This document shows, piece by piece, positions 26,334 through 39,972 of a DNA stretch of 64,000 nt (positions within the stretch are counted from its first letter, which is position 1; every line of letters begins with the position of its first letter). The notes beneath the pieces are model-generated. The model was not told the origin of the DNA and searched no databases. It saw nothing but the letters and a program-made list of their open reading frames with translations. The stretch comes from Flaccisagitta enflata (Eukaryota). A program made the position numbers and the translations under genes. The stretch covers positions 23,498,001 to 23,562,000 of the forward strand of contig OZ231126.1 of assembly GCA_965153355.1 (NCBI GenBank). Direction: 5' to 3'.

Positions 26334-26790
26334 CAGGCCTCGCGATTGTTCTTCTCTGCCGAGAAGCAAAATTCTTTCCTACAACGTTGCCGACCATAAA
26401 ATAAAAGCCCCCCCCCCCCATCGAACTCTGTGGCAGCATGATGCCAACCATGCGTATCACGCTCAAAAAGCTCTTAGTTGTCACTGAGCAGCGAACAAGC
26501 TCAAACCTAGACGACGTGTGCCATTTCGACTGCTTTTGTTTTTAATTATTTACTCATCAGTTCAAATCTGATGCGGAATACTACATAAAACGGAGGACGA
26601 CGTTGACAACTAACTAATAATCATGAGAATTCCTCCCTCTATTTTACAATGAATTGAGATTTAGTTCAAGATATGATTCCAATTCAAATTGACTGTAAAT
26701 CAAATCAGCGACATTGCAATAGAGCGGTAATCTTAAAACTGCAATATGCAAATTAATCTAAAGCTGACTTCAATTGCTATTCTTCAACCA
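26334..26790 (-). mobile_element. hAT-type MITE family F, partial diverged copy
   Basis: Start CAGGCCTCGCGATTGTTCTT..TGCCGAGAAGCAAAA matches the reverse complement of 37659-37717; 26555-26775 is homologous to 45903-46120. Confidence 0.65.
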
Positions 26791-26877
26791 TCATTTTTCT
26801 CTTTATTACGTATTCGTCTTCGTCTTCGTCTTTGTCTTTGTCTTCATCTTCGTCTTCCTTCATCCCCTTCTTCCTCA

Positions 26878-27044
26878 CGGATACACGGCTATACAGTCGC
26901 GGACGGTTGGGCAGGGGCCGTATTGCGAAAACCGCTCGCAACTCAAAAACGTTAGGGACCGACCGACCGACCGACCAACCGACCGACCGACCAACCGACC
27001 GACCAACACGGCAAGTTCTAGAGTTGCGTGTCCGCGACTAAAAA
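26878..27044 (-). mobile_element. HINE-like family B copy
   Basis: Same termini and (GTCG)n tract as 21645-21818. Confidence 0.8.
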
Positions 27045-27192
27045 CTGAGAAAAAGACAAACAAACAAACATGATATGAGTAGATGTGAAAATTCTTCTCG
27101 TTTGCTGATCGTTAATGTCAAGACCCATTTTTTGAGTTTTGAAAAAAAAACGAATAAGAGAAAGAAACTGGAATGAAAACGGTTGTGAATAT

Positions 27193-27310
<118 letters not shown>

Positions 27311-27540
27311 GAGAGACAGAGACAGTCTGAGAAAGAGTCACAGAGACAGAGACAGAGACAGTCTGACAAAGACAGACAGACAGACAGGCAGCCATACAGA
27401 CAGACGGACAGACAGACAGTCAGACAGATAGACAGACAGAGAAGGAGGAAAAGTGCTGAAAAGCAAATTTTTCTCGGTTTACGCGATGGAGAGAGTGAAT
27501 TGGCAATGAATGTCTGCGAAAAGGGAAAAAGGATTTGGTG

Positions 27541-27578
<38 letters not shown>

Positions 27579-27591
27579 CTTTGTTTCTGAG

Positions 27592-28492
27592 TTTTTTAGT
27601 TGCGGACTCGCGACTCTATGGTCATTTCCACAATAAACCGGCCCAGCTGAAATTCATGATGTAACAGGCAAAAATATTGTTTTTATCATGCTAATCCTTT
27701 TTTTTATGATAGAAGCTGTTGTAACACATTGGAATTCAGTGCCTAGCTGATATCCTTCATACTTAAAATTTTGATAGGCTATCTAGCAAAAAATAGGCCA
27801 AAATCACCCCCTTTTTTATGTTACACTGATGTCACACTTAAAACCACAATGAAAAAGATATAAAAAAATCATTAAGCCTACCCAAGTATGGGTCATTTTT
27901 ATTTAATTGCAATCCCTAAAGAAGAATTAAAGATTATATGGCAACCAATTGTTGTTAACTATGCAAAAATTTCACTTTTAGTTGATGTATCTAAAATAAT
28001 GATTTATTTGATTTTGATACATAGTAGTATACTATACTTTAAATGACAATATCTTAAGTATTATGGAAATTTTCTTTTTTCCCCCTTTAGTATTGATTTT
28101 TGAAGAGAATGACGGAAAATGTTAACACCCTGTTACTCTAATGTTACTCTGATTACGATGAAAACTAACATAGTTGAACACATTTCAAGTATTGGAATAT
28201 TTTTTTTTATATGATCTGAAAGAGTATCAAATTCTGAGCATAGGGCTCAAATTTTAAGCTAATAGGTGCAACCATTATGAAATAATGACATTTTTATCAA
28301 TGTTAACGAATTCAGTCGCCTTATTTCCGCCAGTCTAGTTTATTGTGGAAACTGCCTATAACATGCTTTGTCCGTCCGTCCGTCCGTCGGTCCTTCCGTT
28401 GGTCCGTAATGATCGAGTCGAAAAGTGAGAAAACGCACATTTCCGCCCCTGCCCACCCGTCCGTAACTGGTGGCCGTGTATCCGGCCTTGTT
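27592..28492 (+). mobile_element. HINE-like family B copy split by a TIR element
   Basis: TTTTAGTTGCGGACTCGCGACTCTAT | insert | TATAACATGCTTTGTCCGTCCG...GGCCGTGTATCCGGCCTTGTT. Confidence 0.8.
27620..28356. mobile_element. GG-terminated TIR MITE with 3-bp TSD (PIF/Harbinger- or Zator-like)
   Basis: GGTCATTTCCACAATAAAC versus GGCAGTTTCCACAATAAAC (reverse complement of the right end); TAT duplicated; AT-rich interior. Confidence 0.8.
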
Positions 28493-29271
28493 TTTCTTTG
28501 TTTCTTTGTCATTTTGTTTCTTTGTTCGTTTCTTTCTTTCTTTCTTTCTTCCTTTTTTTTGTTTTTTTCTTAAGTAAGTAAGTGCGAATCTCCATGTCTT
28601 TTGTTTCTGTTTGATTTTCTATTTTTGCCTTTGTCTCTCATTCATTTACAACTTCTCATGCCAGTTGTCGCAGCATCTTACATAAGGGAGGTAAAGCACA
28701 GAAAATGTGTCTTATTGTTTTTGTCTTAATCTGTAACATCAGGACATGCCTCTACTGTTTAGTACATGATATAGACACTTACGGTTACCTACTCGTCTTG
28801 CGTAAAATATCTAATGTGAACTGAATGAGATCGCATTAGTTTTCCTTAGTTTTAGGTAAGTGTTACGTAGCAACAAACGAAGTGTATTCGGAAATGGGCA
28901 TTGAAAATAAAACCGAAAAATGAATGCACAAACCATCGCATTAACAGTATGACAAATATGTTTTCGCTGTGTCAAGCGAATGGAAAAAACTGTCGTTCTA
29001 TGATAATGCAAAACGAGAGCGGAAATAAAGTATATTTTTACAGATGTCATTAATCATGGACAAAACAAAAAAGAAACATTATGAATTTATATGTCGGCCC
29101 ATCTCGTACATAATAACTATTGCAAGTGGGTCCTCGTAGTTGTTACTTTTATAATGACAAATGCGTTAATGGTTTTAGTTTGATAATGACAAATGTTAGA
29201 TGGTTAAGTTGTGATATACTTATTGAAATAGGTTACTAACCCGACGGTTGGTCCATTCCACGCCGAACGGA

Positions 29272-29357
<86 letters not shown>

Positions 29358-29448
29358 AGTTGACAGTAATGACCAAAACGAACCCAAAGGCAGCTGCTTT
29401 ATTTCTAACCTTCTTATTTTTTTATCAGCGTTTTTTGCTCGGTTGCTA

Positions 29449-30065
29449 CAGTACCTTCCGAGCAAACCCGGTTTAAACTGAAGGATTAATTTTTGTTACT
29501 TTAATATTATTTATCAAACTTCATTTTCTGCATCAAACTTAATTAAAAGATACTTAATTCCTTGAACATATTTGGCTGTCAAAAAAATAACGTGTGAAAT
29601 CAAAGTGCATGAAGACATCAATATTGAGTGTTCTAACCCAGACCATTGGATTCAGCAGAAAATTTTACCTATCCAAGACTACAAGAACAGCTCAGTCAGA
29701 TAATTATTTCAGATTTTACAGCCATTTAAAGTTTTTAAGGACAAATGTCTCAAAATAATTTAGGACAATTGTCCTTAAAAACTTTTAATGACCATAAAAT
29801 CTGAAATAATTGTCTGACTGAGCTGTTCATGTAGTCTAGGATAGGTAAAATTTTCTGCCGAATCCGATGGTCTGGGTCAGAATACTCAATATTGATGTCT
29901 TCATGCACTTCGATTTCACAAGTTATTTCTTTTTACAGCCAAATATGTTCAAGAAATTAAGTATCTTTTAATTAAGTTTGATGCAAAAAATGAAGTTTGA
30001 GAAATGAAATTAAAGTAACAAAAATTAATCCTCCAGTTTTAACCGGGTTTGCTCGGAAGGTACTG
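29449..30065. mobile_element. Foldback Tc1/mariner-type MITE, almost entirely palindromic
   Basis: TA-CAGTACCTTCCGAGCAAACCCGGTT...AACCGGGTTTGCTCGGAAGGTACTG-TA; arms remain complementary for ~300 bp to a centre near 29755. Confidence 0.92.
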
Positions 30066-30200
30066 TAGCTGTATATTTTTTGTGTGTGTGTGTGTGTGTC
30101 TCTCAATCGGTACATCCGTCATTAATAGTAACAGTGTGTAGATGGCAGTTTCAATCTGTCTCAAGTCTCCATCCACATCTCCATTCTTCCCTTTCGTTTT

Positions 30201-30243
<43 letters not shown>

Positions 30244-30340
30244 GCTCTCTTTTTTTGCTCTCTGTTCCTCTCTGGCTCTTGTCCACGCTTGTCTCTGTTT
30301 GTCTGTCTGTCTGTCTGCCGTCTGTCTGTCTGTCTGTCTG

Positions 30341-30409
<69 letters not shown>

Positions 30410-30670
30410 ATTTGTACATGTAAAAAAAGGACCTGGCCGATGTCTCTTATCTCTTCCAGTTGTCAACAGTATTTCTTCTTTCTTTTTATTCCTTCTTTTC
30501 TTCAATTGAGTACATTTTACCTTTTTTAATCTAACATTTTTTTTTTGTAACGCCGAAGTTGATCAAGTAGGCTATAAATTAGATCTCAGAATCAGGACAC
30601 TTAACGAATTGATTTATTGATTTTCAGGATTGATTAATCGTTTGTTATGAGGGAAAAATAAAGAGAGAAA

Positions 30671-32324
30671 AAACAAGGCCAACACCTATAAGTCGCGTGC
30701 AGGACAAAAATGACTGAAATGACCTGACACCTTAATGTATCTTTTTATCGAAAATCAGACTTAAACCAGACTCAAACCAGACTCAAACCAGACTCAAACC
30801 AGACTCAAACCGGACTCAAACCAGACTCAAACCAGACTCAAACCAGACTCAAACCAGAATTAAACCAGACCTAAACCAGACCTAAACCAGACATAAACCA
30901 GACATAAACCAGACTTGAACCAGACTTAAACCAGCAGACTTAAACCAGCAGACTTAAAACAGCAGACTTAAACCAGCAGACTTAAACCAGCAGACTTTAA
31001 CCAGCAGACTTAAACCAGCAGACTTATACCAGCAGACTTAAACCAGCAGACTTAAACCAGCAGACTTAAACCAGCAGACTTAAACAAGCAGACTTAAACC
31101 AGCCGACTTAAACTAGCCAACTAAAACCAATCAACTAAAACCAGCCAACTATAACCAGCCAACTAAAACCAGCCAACTAAAACCAGCTGACTTAACCAGC
31201 CGACTTAAACCAGCCAACCTAAATCACCCAACTTAAACCAACTTAAACCAGCCGCCTTAAACCAACCAACTTAAACCAGCGGACTTAAACCAGCGGACTT
31301 AAACCAGAGGACTTAAATCAGCGGACTTAAATCAGCGGACTTTAACCAGCAGACTTAAACCAGCAGACTTAAACCAGCAGACTTAAACCAGCAGACTGAG
31401 ACCAGCAGACTTGAAATGACATAAATGACCAAAACATACAAAAAAACTTAAATGACTAAAAAACAAAAAAAAAACAAAAACAAAAACAAAAAAAAACAAA
31501 CCAAAAAACCAAAAAACCCAAAACCAAAAAACCGAAAAACCAAAAAACCAAAAAACCTAAAAACCAAACAACCAAAAAACCAAAAAACCAAGAAACCAAA
31601 AACCAAAAGCAAAAACCAAAAACCAAAACCAAAACCAAAAACCAAAACCAAAAAAAACCAAAAAACCAAAAAACCAAAAAACATAAAAGACCAAAACATA
31701 CCAAAAAACATGTTGAATGACCAAAAATGACCTGAAATGTTTCAAAATGACTTAAAACTATTTTAAATGCCCAAAAACGACACAAATGACTTAAATGAAC
31801 AAAGTGACGTAAACGATAAAAAATGACAAAAAATGACTAAAAGCAACCAAAAATGACCAAAAGCAATCAAAAATGACCAAAAACAACAAAAAAATGACTC
31901 AAAATAACTCCAGATGACCCAAATAGACCAAAAATGACGCAAAAAAGCAAAGTGTCACTTAAAACCACAAAAGCCAAAAAGTAACTTAGAATGACTTAGA
32001 ATGACTTATAATGACTTAGAATGACTTGTAATGACTTATAATGACTTAAAATAACTTAGAATGACTAAGAATGACTTAAAATGACTTATGATAACATAAA
32101 ATGACAAAAATGACAAAAAATGACAAAATGACTTAATTGACTAAAATCAACAGAAAATGACTGGAAATGACTTAGAATGACTTAAAATGACTTAAAATGA
32201 CATAAAATACCCTAAAATGACGTAAAACGACGAAAAAAAGCAAAGTGTTACGGACCGACCAACCGACCGATGGACCGACGGACCGACAGAGCGGGTTATA
32301 GAGTCGCGTGCACGCGACTAAAAA
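30671..32324 (-). mobile_element. Expanded HINE-like family B copy containing ~1.5 kb of graded minisatellites
   Basis: Perfect palindrome AGTCGCGTGCACGCGACT (32302-32319) and matching subTIR AGTCGCGTGC (30691-30700) next to AACAAGGCC bracket the repeats. Confidence 0.8.
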
Positions 32325-32375
32325 TTAAATGTACTCAGATTTTTAACGCGCTGCGCTGAGATAAGAGAGGAAAGA

Positions 32376-32560
32376 AACAAGGGACGCAGGATCATAAAAA
32401 AATAAGGTTGCGGATGGGTGGGCAGGGGCCTCCAACCCCCGTCCACACCCCAATCCCCACCCTCACACACAAACAAACACAAAAAGGATCCAAAACGCTT
32501 ACTTTTCCACTTTTTGACTCGATTGTTACCGACAGGCCGACGGACGGAAGGACGGTGACG
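32376..32560 (-). mobile_element. HINE-like family B (GTGAC-hairpin subfamily), partial
   Basis: Similar to 54878-55078 and to the reverse complement of 58169-58378. Confidence 0.6.
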
Positions 32561-32724
32561 GGTTTTGTGATCTATGTAACTGTTGGTAGTTCATAATCAC
32601 TTTATAAAAAAGATCATCGGAAACGAATCATTCTGAGTGGGTCTTGCCCTAGGTGCATGGCTGTCCGGGGTAAATTGTCTTGTTGGTTAGCATCCTGGTT
32701 CGAAGATGGACCGGGACAGCGGTA

Positions 32725-32896
32725 CAATAAAACCCCGTAATAACGGATATTAAGAGTCTAACAATATCTATCTACTATAAGCGGATTTCTTTTATTACTA
32801 TTGTAGAAATTAAAAGAAATTGACACAGAAGGACCAAGTTTTTATTTCTATTTACAGCGGATTTCCATTTTGATCCGTTAAAGCGGGGTTTAATTG
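32725..32896. mobile_element. Short pogo/Tigger-like MITE
   Basis: TA-CAATAAAACCCCG..TAACGGAT...ATCCGTTA..CGGGGTTTAATTG-TA. Confidence 0.75.
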
Positions 32897-32929
32897 TACC
32901 GCGGTCCCGGTACATCTCCTGACAGCAAG

Positions 32930-33145
32930 AAACAAGGCCGGATACCAGGCCAATACCAGTTGCGTACGGGTGGGCAGGGGCGGAAATGCGCGTTTTCCCA
33001 CTTTTCGACTCGTGCTCACCAACGGACGGACGGACGGACGGATGTACGGACGGACGGATGGACAGACGGACGGACGGACGGACGGACGGACGGACGGACG
33101 GACGGACAAAGCCTCTTATAAGAGTCGCTAGTCCTCGACTAAAAA
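32930..33145 (-). mobile_element. HINE-like family B copy
   Basis: AACAAGGCCGGATAC start, (GACG)n tract, GCCTCTTATAAGAGTCGCTAGTCCTCGACTAAAA end. Confidence 0.85.
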
Positions 33146-33569
33146 GTTGTTTTAGTCCGTCTGACGGACCGGTGAACTGACCGGTGAAAAAGCGATTAGA
33201 AATCCGAGTGGGCGCGTGGGTTTGGGTAGTAAGAAAACAGAGAGAAAGAAAAAATTTCCTCAGGTTTGGTAAGGAGAGGCAGAACGCGTTTTGAGGCAAA
33301 GAAAAAAAGAGAGAGAAGAGTTTTTACGCGTTGGATTTATGGTGGCCATCAAGTGATGAAGGGCGTCGAACCACAGCTTTTGAATACCTTTCTAGCCACA
33401 GGAAAAATGGAGGGAGGTAAGAATGGGAAAGGGGAGATGGGGGCTGGAAAAACGGAGGAGGAAGAATGTAGGAGGAACGCGATCTTTTAATTCTTTCTTT
33501 AGAGGAACGAACGTTATAGTGGAGGGAGTGAAGGAAGGCATCAAGAGAATGTGGGAAATATAGGGAAAG

Positions 33570-33662
33570 AACGAACGAACGAACGAACGAACGAACGAAC
33601 GAACGAACGAACGAACGAACGAACGAACGAACGAACGAACGAACGAACGAAGGAACGAACGA

Positions 33663-33754
<92 letters not shown>

Positions 33755-33755
33755 A
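33570..33755 (+). repeat. (GAAC)n switching to (GAAA)n
   Basis: Direct reading. Confidence 0.96.
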
Positions 33756-33929
33756 AAAGAAACTACAGGGAATGAGCGCATGGAAAGGGGGGATAACGCT
33801 GGGAAGAACCACTTAAACCATAATCTTATGGTCGTCGTAACCATGAAAACATTTTCTTGATGACGACAAAACTCACGCCTACGTTGTTACACGTGTCTTT
33901 CCGGCTTTTTTGGGTTTTCTGCTCCTCTT

Positions 33930-33974
<45 letters not shown>

Positions 33975-34332
33975 ATGATTTTTAAGTGAGCGGGAACACA
34001 TCTTCGAAAAGTATTATTTTTCCCCATAGGCATAGTCCTTTGATTAGTTGGTGTTTATTTAAGTCGGTCCCTATCAAAATCATGTTTACCTCGTGTTGGT
34101 TCATTCATACTGAAATTATTGCATGTCCTTCCCTGATTTTCCATCATTTCTCTAGTTTATCCCGACTTCTTTTAAGAGAGGAATAGGACGCAGTTGTTTC
34201 CACTGTTTCCGCATCCATCTCACGGTCCAATTTCAAGTAGCAATTCCACCCATCAAATTGGAGGCAGCTAGCAGGTGACCGCTTTCACATCCATGATTGT
34301 AAGCGACGTACGTTGATTTTATTGATTTACAG

Positions 34333-34539
34333 AAACAAGGCCGGATACACGGCTACCCCAGTTGCGTGCAGGTGGTTTGGAGCAGTGAAAGAAAAGGTCA
34401 TTAGGGCATTTGGGCAGAAGTAGTGACCTCAAAAAGCTCATAAACGCCAAAAAAAAAAAAAGTAAAAAGAGGACCTACCGAGAAACCGACCGACCGACGG
34501 ACAAAGCAGGGTATGGAGTTAACTAGCACGCGATTAAAA
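34333..34539 (-). mobile_element. HINE-like family B copy, diverged
   Basis: AACAAGGCCGGATACACGGCTACCCCAGTTGCGTGC start; homologous to the reverse complement of 60140-60360. Confidence 0.75.
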
Positions 34540-34922
34540 ATCAAAAATTCTATCTTTGGTTCCTTTGATATTGAGGTCGCGAGAACAGCAACAGTAGGAG
34601 ATTCCGCCTCTTCCATTTCTTTTTCTCATAATCTTGAAATGGCCAAACACGCGATCGACCTTTCTAAAGTTCAAGCCCACATCCAATCTCTGGGAGGGGA
34701 GGTCCAGCTCGGGATCTCAAGTTTCAATCGATGACCTCTTAAATCGGTCATGGAGAAGGAAAACGGATAAAATGGGACCAGAAATTGGGCAAAAAAGATG
34801 GACGATGGGAAAAGGTGGAAGAAATCTGGATGGTTGGGCGAAGGTTGGGATGAGGTCAGAGGGATGAAGCAAAGAAAGCAAATATGAAGTTAGACCGGGA
34901 CTGAAGTCCAATTTGTGTAAAA

Positions 34923-35040
<118 letters not shown>

Positions 35041-36222
35041 AACGAAATGGAAATTGAAGATGACGTACAGTGGAACACCGCTAGAACGCACCCGCTATTT
35101 AGGCATGCTCACCAAAAAGATTTTGAACTTACTGTTCCATGAAAGATTGGCAAATGGCAATGAGGCATCTTCACTGTTAGGAATAATTAGATCAGTCCCT
35201 TGACACGTACTCTAGTAGACATGAGGTATTGAGATGATGAGCAATTACAAGACGAAAATTTCGTCGACAAAAAGATGCATATTACAAAAATATTTGTAGA
35301 AAGCTGACCCGATTTGAGATCAGCGCAGCGGCAGAGACATAAAGAGTCGATAAAGGAAATAGTAAAAATCAAATCATTTGATAGAAATGGTTCTTTTATG
35401 AGATTTTGCTAAGTGGGCGATCTGCTTGGCGATCCGTGGGCGATCAAGAGAGAGCTTCCGTCCTGATATTTATGAGGAAATCGAAAATGACTGACGATAT
35501 AAAAAGCGAATCTCTGAAATCCCACTAAAGCGACTCGCCCATCACAACATTTTTCCATAGTCCTCAGCAAACTTTTCTCTCATTCTCCTCTTGTATCTCT
35601 CAGTATGGATCTCATCATCTTAACCTCACTGTCAATATTTCTAGATGCTTCCTCCCCATCATAAGTCCCTTTCAATCACCCTATCCCCATTCCCCTCCCC
35701 ATCCAATTTGTCGTTGTCTTTCCCTCTGTCGCTATTTCTATACTCTTACACTCCACCATGATTACCACTCTTTAGCCCCCCCTCCCCTCCCTTCTCCCCC
35801 AACCCTTCCAAATTCCCGTTTATTCTCTTTTTGTTTTTTCCACCCCTTGAGCCTTTTCGTGAGTCTCTCAGTCAGTTTTGCCGGCTGAGGAATTCGCTGT
35901 GCGGTGGAGCGTACCTCCGCCTCCTCCTCTTCCCCCTCCTTCTCCTCTTCCCTTCCTGCTCCTCATAGTGTTCATCTTACTCGTCCTCAACCTACCTCCT
36001 ACCTCCTTTTTCCTGCTTTTCTTGCTTTCCTTGGCTTTCTCTCTTTTTGCCATGACCTCTTTTGGCTTTTTCTTTGCCAAGGAAAAAAATGAGATTAATG
36101 GATTTTCTATTTCTTTTGCTTTCCTTTGTTTTCCTTCTTTTTTTCATTCTTCCTTTCTTTTCATTCTTTTTTTCATTCTTCCTTTCTTTTTTCTTTTTTG
36201 CCATGACGACTTTGCAATTGAT

Positions 36223-36340
<118 letters not shown>

Positions 36341-36927
36341 GGCACTTTTTCACTTTAATGATATCCATTCCCAGGAACTACCTACCAATCGAGTCAGTGA
36401 GCTCATTTTGAAGATTTTCCGATATTTAGAGCATCTGATTTACAATTTTCTTATTGGTACTGGCCTAGTTGACCGATCCCCATCTTTAACCGACAAAAAG
36501 GTAGTAGAAACGTTGAAAACATCCCTTGATTTATTTTCTATGCCGTAGTTAATGCTTATCAGTTCGATTTATTGTCCACTACTACCGTTGACAGTCCTCA
36601 ACATCATCGGAAACTACCATAACGAGCATACCGACAATTTCACTGGCTTCGTCCAAAATTCGAGGGTAGTGAAGATTTTTTGGCCCAGCAGAGACAGGCG
36701 CGGCCGCTCAAGAGCGACGGACTCACCACTGTCACGCCACATACTAACGCGGTTCTCAGTCAAGAACCTTTCAAATCATCGATACAGAAGGAAAGTGCTT
36801 GCTAGAAAAGTGACAATATCATGATATAATTTGTCAGAATGTTCATCATCATCTATCTGACAAGATAAAAATCGAATAGAAAAGAAAAAAAGGAAAGAAA
36901 AGAAAGAGAGGAAAGAAAGGAAAGAAA

Positions 36928-37717
36928 CAGGCCTCTTGATTTTGGAGCAGCGAGCAGCGGCGCTGCTCGGCAGGAAATGAGAGACGTCGGCAGGTCTCAA
37001 TGGAAGAAGATGAAGACGTCGAAAAAGAAGAAGACGAAGAAGAAGAAGAAGAAGAAGAAGAAGAAGAAGAAGAAGAAGAAGAAGAAGAAGAAGAAGAAGA
37101 AGAAGAAGAAGAAGATGATGAAGAAGAAGATGAAGGAGAAGAAGAGGAAGAAGAAAAAGAAGAAGAAGGAGAAGAAGAAGAAGAAGAAGAAGAAGAAGAA
37201 GAAGAAGAAGAAGAAGAAGAAGAAGAAGAAGAAGAAAAAGAGGAAGAAGATGGAAATGGAAATGAGGGCGATTGCAGTCAGCATTGATATGATTTACATA
37301 TTGTAGTTTTTATGATGACTACTCTAGTGTAACATAGTTTATTTAAAAGATGGTTAATTTAAGTTGAAAAGATGATTTGAAGTTGATCTTTTTTTGTTGT
37401 GAACTAAAAAAAAACAACCTAATGCGCATGTAAAACTGCTCAACATCGTCGTGTGTTTTATGAAGCCTCCCGCAACAAAGTTTGAATTGATGATACAATA
37501 ACCAAAAAAACCATTATACAGTAAGATGCTCGTTCCACTTCACTGCCATAAACAGGAAGCCCTTAATCTCGCAGTTACTGGGCATATTCTTGTGGTGGGA
37601 GTTGAGATGGAAAGGCTATCCCGTCTAACTATCAACTAGTTTCAATGATACAATTTAATCGGCAGGGTGCAGGGAAAATTTTTGCTTGTCGGCACAAAAG
37701 AAGAATCAAGAGGCCTG
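36928..37717 (+). mobile_element. hAT-type MITE family F, complete, with internal (GAA)n
   Basis: 14-bp TIR CAGGCCTCTTGATT/AATCAAGAGGCCTG; 8-bp TSD GAAAGAAA on both sides. Confidence 0.88.
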
Positions 37718-38523
37718 GAAAGAAATGAAAGAAAAGAGAAGGATAAAAGAAAGTCTAAAAAGTTGATTGGAGGATGTAATTGAGGCAAAGCGTTTGTTAT
37801 GATCGTCTCTTCGCAATTCAACGATTGTCATCATCATTAACATTCTAGTCGTGGTTATCGTCACCGTCACCCTCACCGTCGACGTCACCGTCACCGTCGA
37901 CGTTACCGTCAACGTCGTCGTTATCGACACCGTCAACGTTACCGTCACCACTTGTCACCGTTGTCATCGTCGTCACCGTCGTCATCGTCGTCAGCGTTTT
38001 TGCAATTGAGTCCTCATCATCATCAACATTCTCGTCTTTTTCTCATCACCATACAAATTTGACTTTTGGCGCTTTCATTATCGCTTTCTAATTTCTTTTT
38101 CCTTCTTAACGAAATTTCATTCCGTCTTCAAGTTCTTCTACCGAACAGTCGATAAGACAATAACGACTGTGTTAGAGTCATCACTTATCAATGATGATTC
38201 AAAACCCTTTATTTCCAGATACAAATCGGCCTTGCTCAGTATTAAGACTACAACTACCCACCCGCACGTGTACTGTAGCTGGCCATGTAGAACGGTATGT
38301 GACTCGGGATGTGTATTTTCATCTTGTTGTCTCTCTCACTGTTGTTTGGTATTTCTCCCTTTTACTTCAGTAGCTTTTGGATCGTCTCATTTTAAGCACT
38401 TTTCTTTTTCTTCTTTGATTCATTTTGAGGCTCAAAGGAGAAAATCGTTTTGGTTCCATGGCTTTTCCAGGTCTAGACATGCTCTTAGTGTTGACTTACC
38501 AAGTGTCTTACCTCTGTCTCTCT

Positions 38524-38609
<86 letters not shown>

Positions 38610-38714
38610 CTCTCTCTCTCGTTTCCTCACCCATAACTGGTCTATTTCCCTAAGTCTTTGCTCTTAAAGTGTTGTCTATTTTGTGTGTTGCAGTTTTGCT
38701 CTTTTGTCCTTGTC

Positions 38715-38726
38715 TCTTTCTTTCTC

Positions 38727-38782
<56 letters not shown>

Positions 38783-38846
38783 TTTTTCTTTCTTTTCTTT
38801 TTGCTTTTTTCAATCATTCTTTCTTTCTTTCTTTCTTTCTTTCCTC

Positions 38847-38941
<95 letters not shown>

Positions 38942-38968
38942 TATTTATTTCTATCTTTCTTACTCTTT

Positions 38969-39016
<48 letters not shown>

Positions 39017-39022
39017 TTTCTT
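38715..39022 (+). repeat. (TTTC)n microsatellite
   Basis: Direct reading. Confidence 0.96.
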
Positions 39023-39295
39023 TCACCCTTGATCGCGCGGGGAGCCTTTTTTTCTGTTCTCTCCCAAGTTTACGACTCTTTTTATACGTCTTTGTGTCTC
39101 TCTTTCCTCCACCCTCGCCTTTCAGTTAGTTGTTAACTAATTTTACGGTCGCCACTTACTCGCACTTTATTCAAATCACTCCCTCTCTCTCTTTCTCTCT
39201 TCGTCTGCCCGTGGAAAAAGAAGAGGAGCCTTCTTCAAAACCGTCTGAAGGGAGGAATAGAGTAAAAGGGGGTTGAAAAAGGAAAGAAGGTAGAA

Positions 39296-39396
<101 letters not shown>

Positions 39397-39688
39397 CAGA
39401 GACAGAGACAGAGAGACAGAGACAGAGAGAGACAGAGACAGAAGAGACAGAGACAGAGAGACTCAGAGAGAGACAGAGAGAAAGAGTCAGAGAGAAAGAC
39501 AGAGAGCCAGAAACAGAGACGGAGAGAGCGACAGAGTCAGAGAGAGAGACAGAGAGACAGAGACAGAGACGGAGAGAGACAGAGACAGAGACATACGGAC
39601 AGAAAAAACATATGGACCGTCAGACAGACAGACAGACTAACAAACAGCTACAGAGGGAGATAGAAAGATTGACAGAGCGAGAATATAA

Positions 39689-39972
39689 CCATGGCCAAAA
39701 AAAAAAGTAGACGCTCAATTTTTATCATTTAATTGAAAACCAGTCACACTTTTTGCTTGAAATCTATGAGCTTTTTAAAGAGCTTCAAAAACTCGAATAG
39801 AACTAGAATATCATAACTTCTAAAATTTTGAAGCTAGAATGTTCAGAAAGAGCTCAAATGAAAGATCTTTAGAAGCTCTTTAAAACCATCATAGATTTTA
39901 AGGGTTTACCATTTTTAGTTACCAAGCAATCAACAATCAAAACATTGCGTCTACTTTTTTTTTTTGCCATGG
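39689..39972. mobile_element. Small MITE, possibly piggyBac-type
   Basis: CCATGGCC(A)nGTAGACGC...GCGTCTAC(T)nGCCATGG; flanks ATAA and TTAA, i.e. TTAA with one mismatch. Confidence 0.75.
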
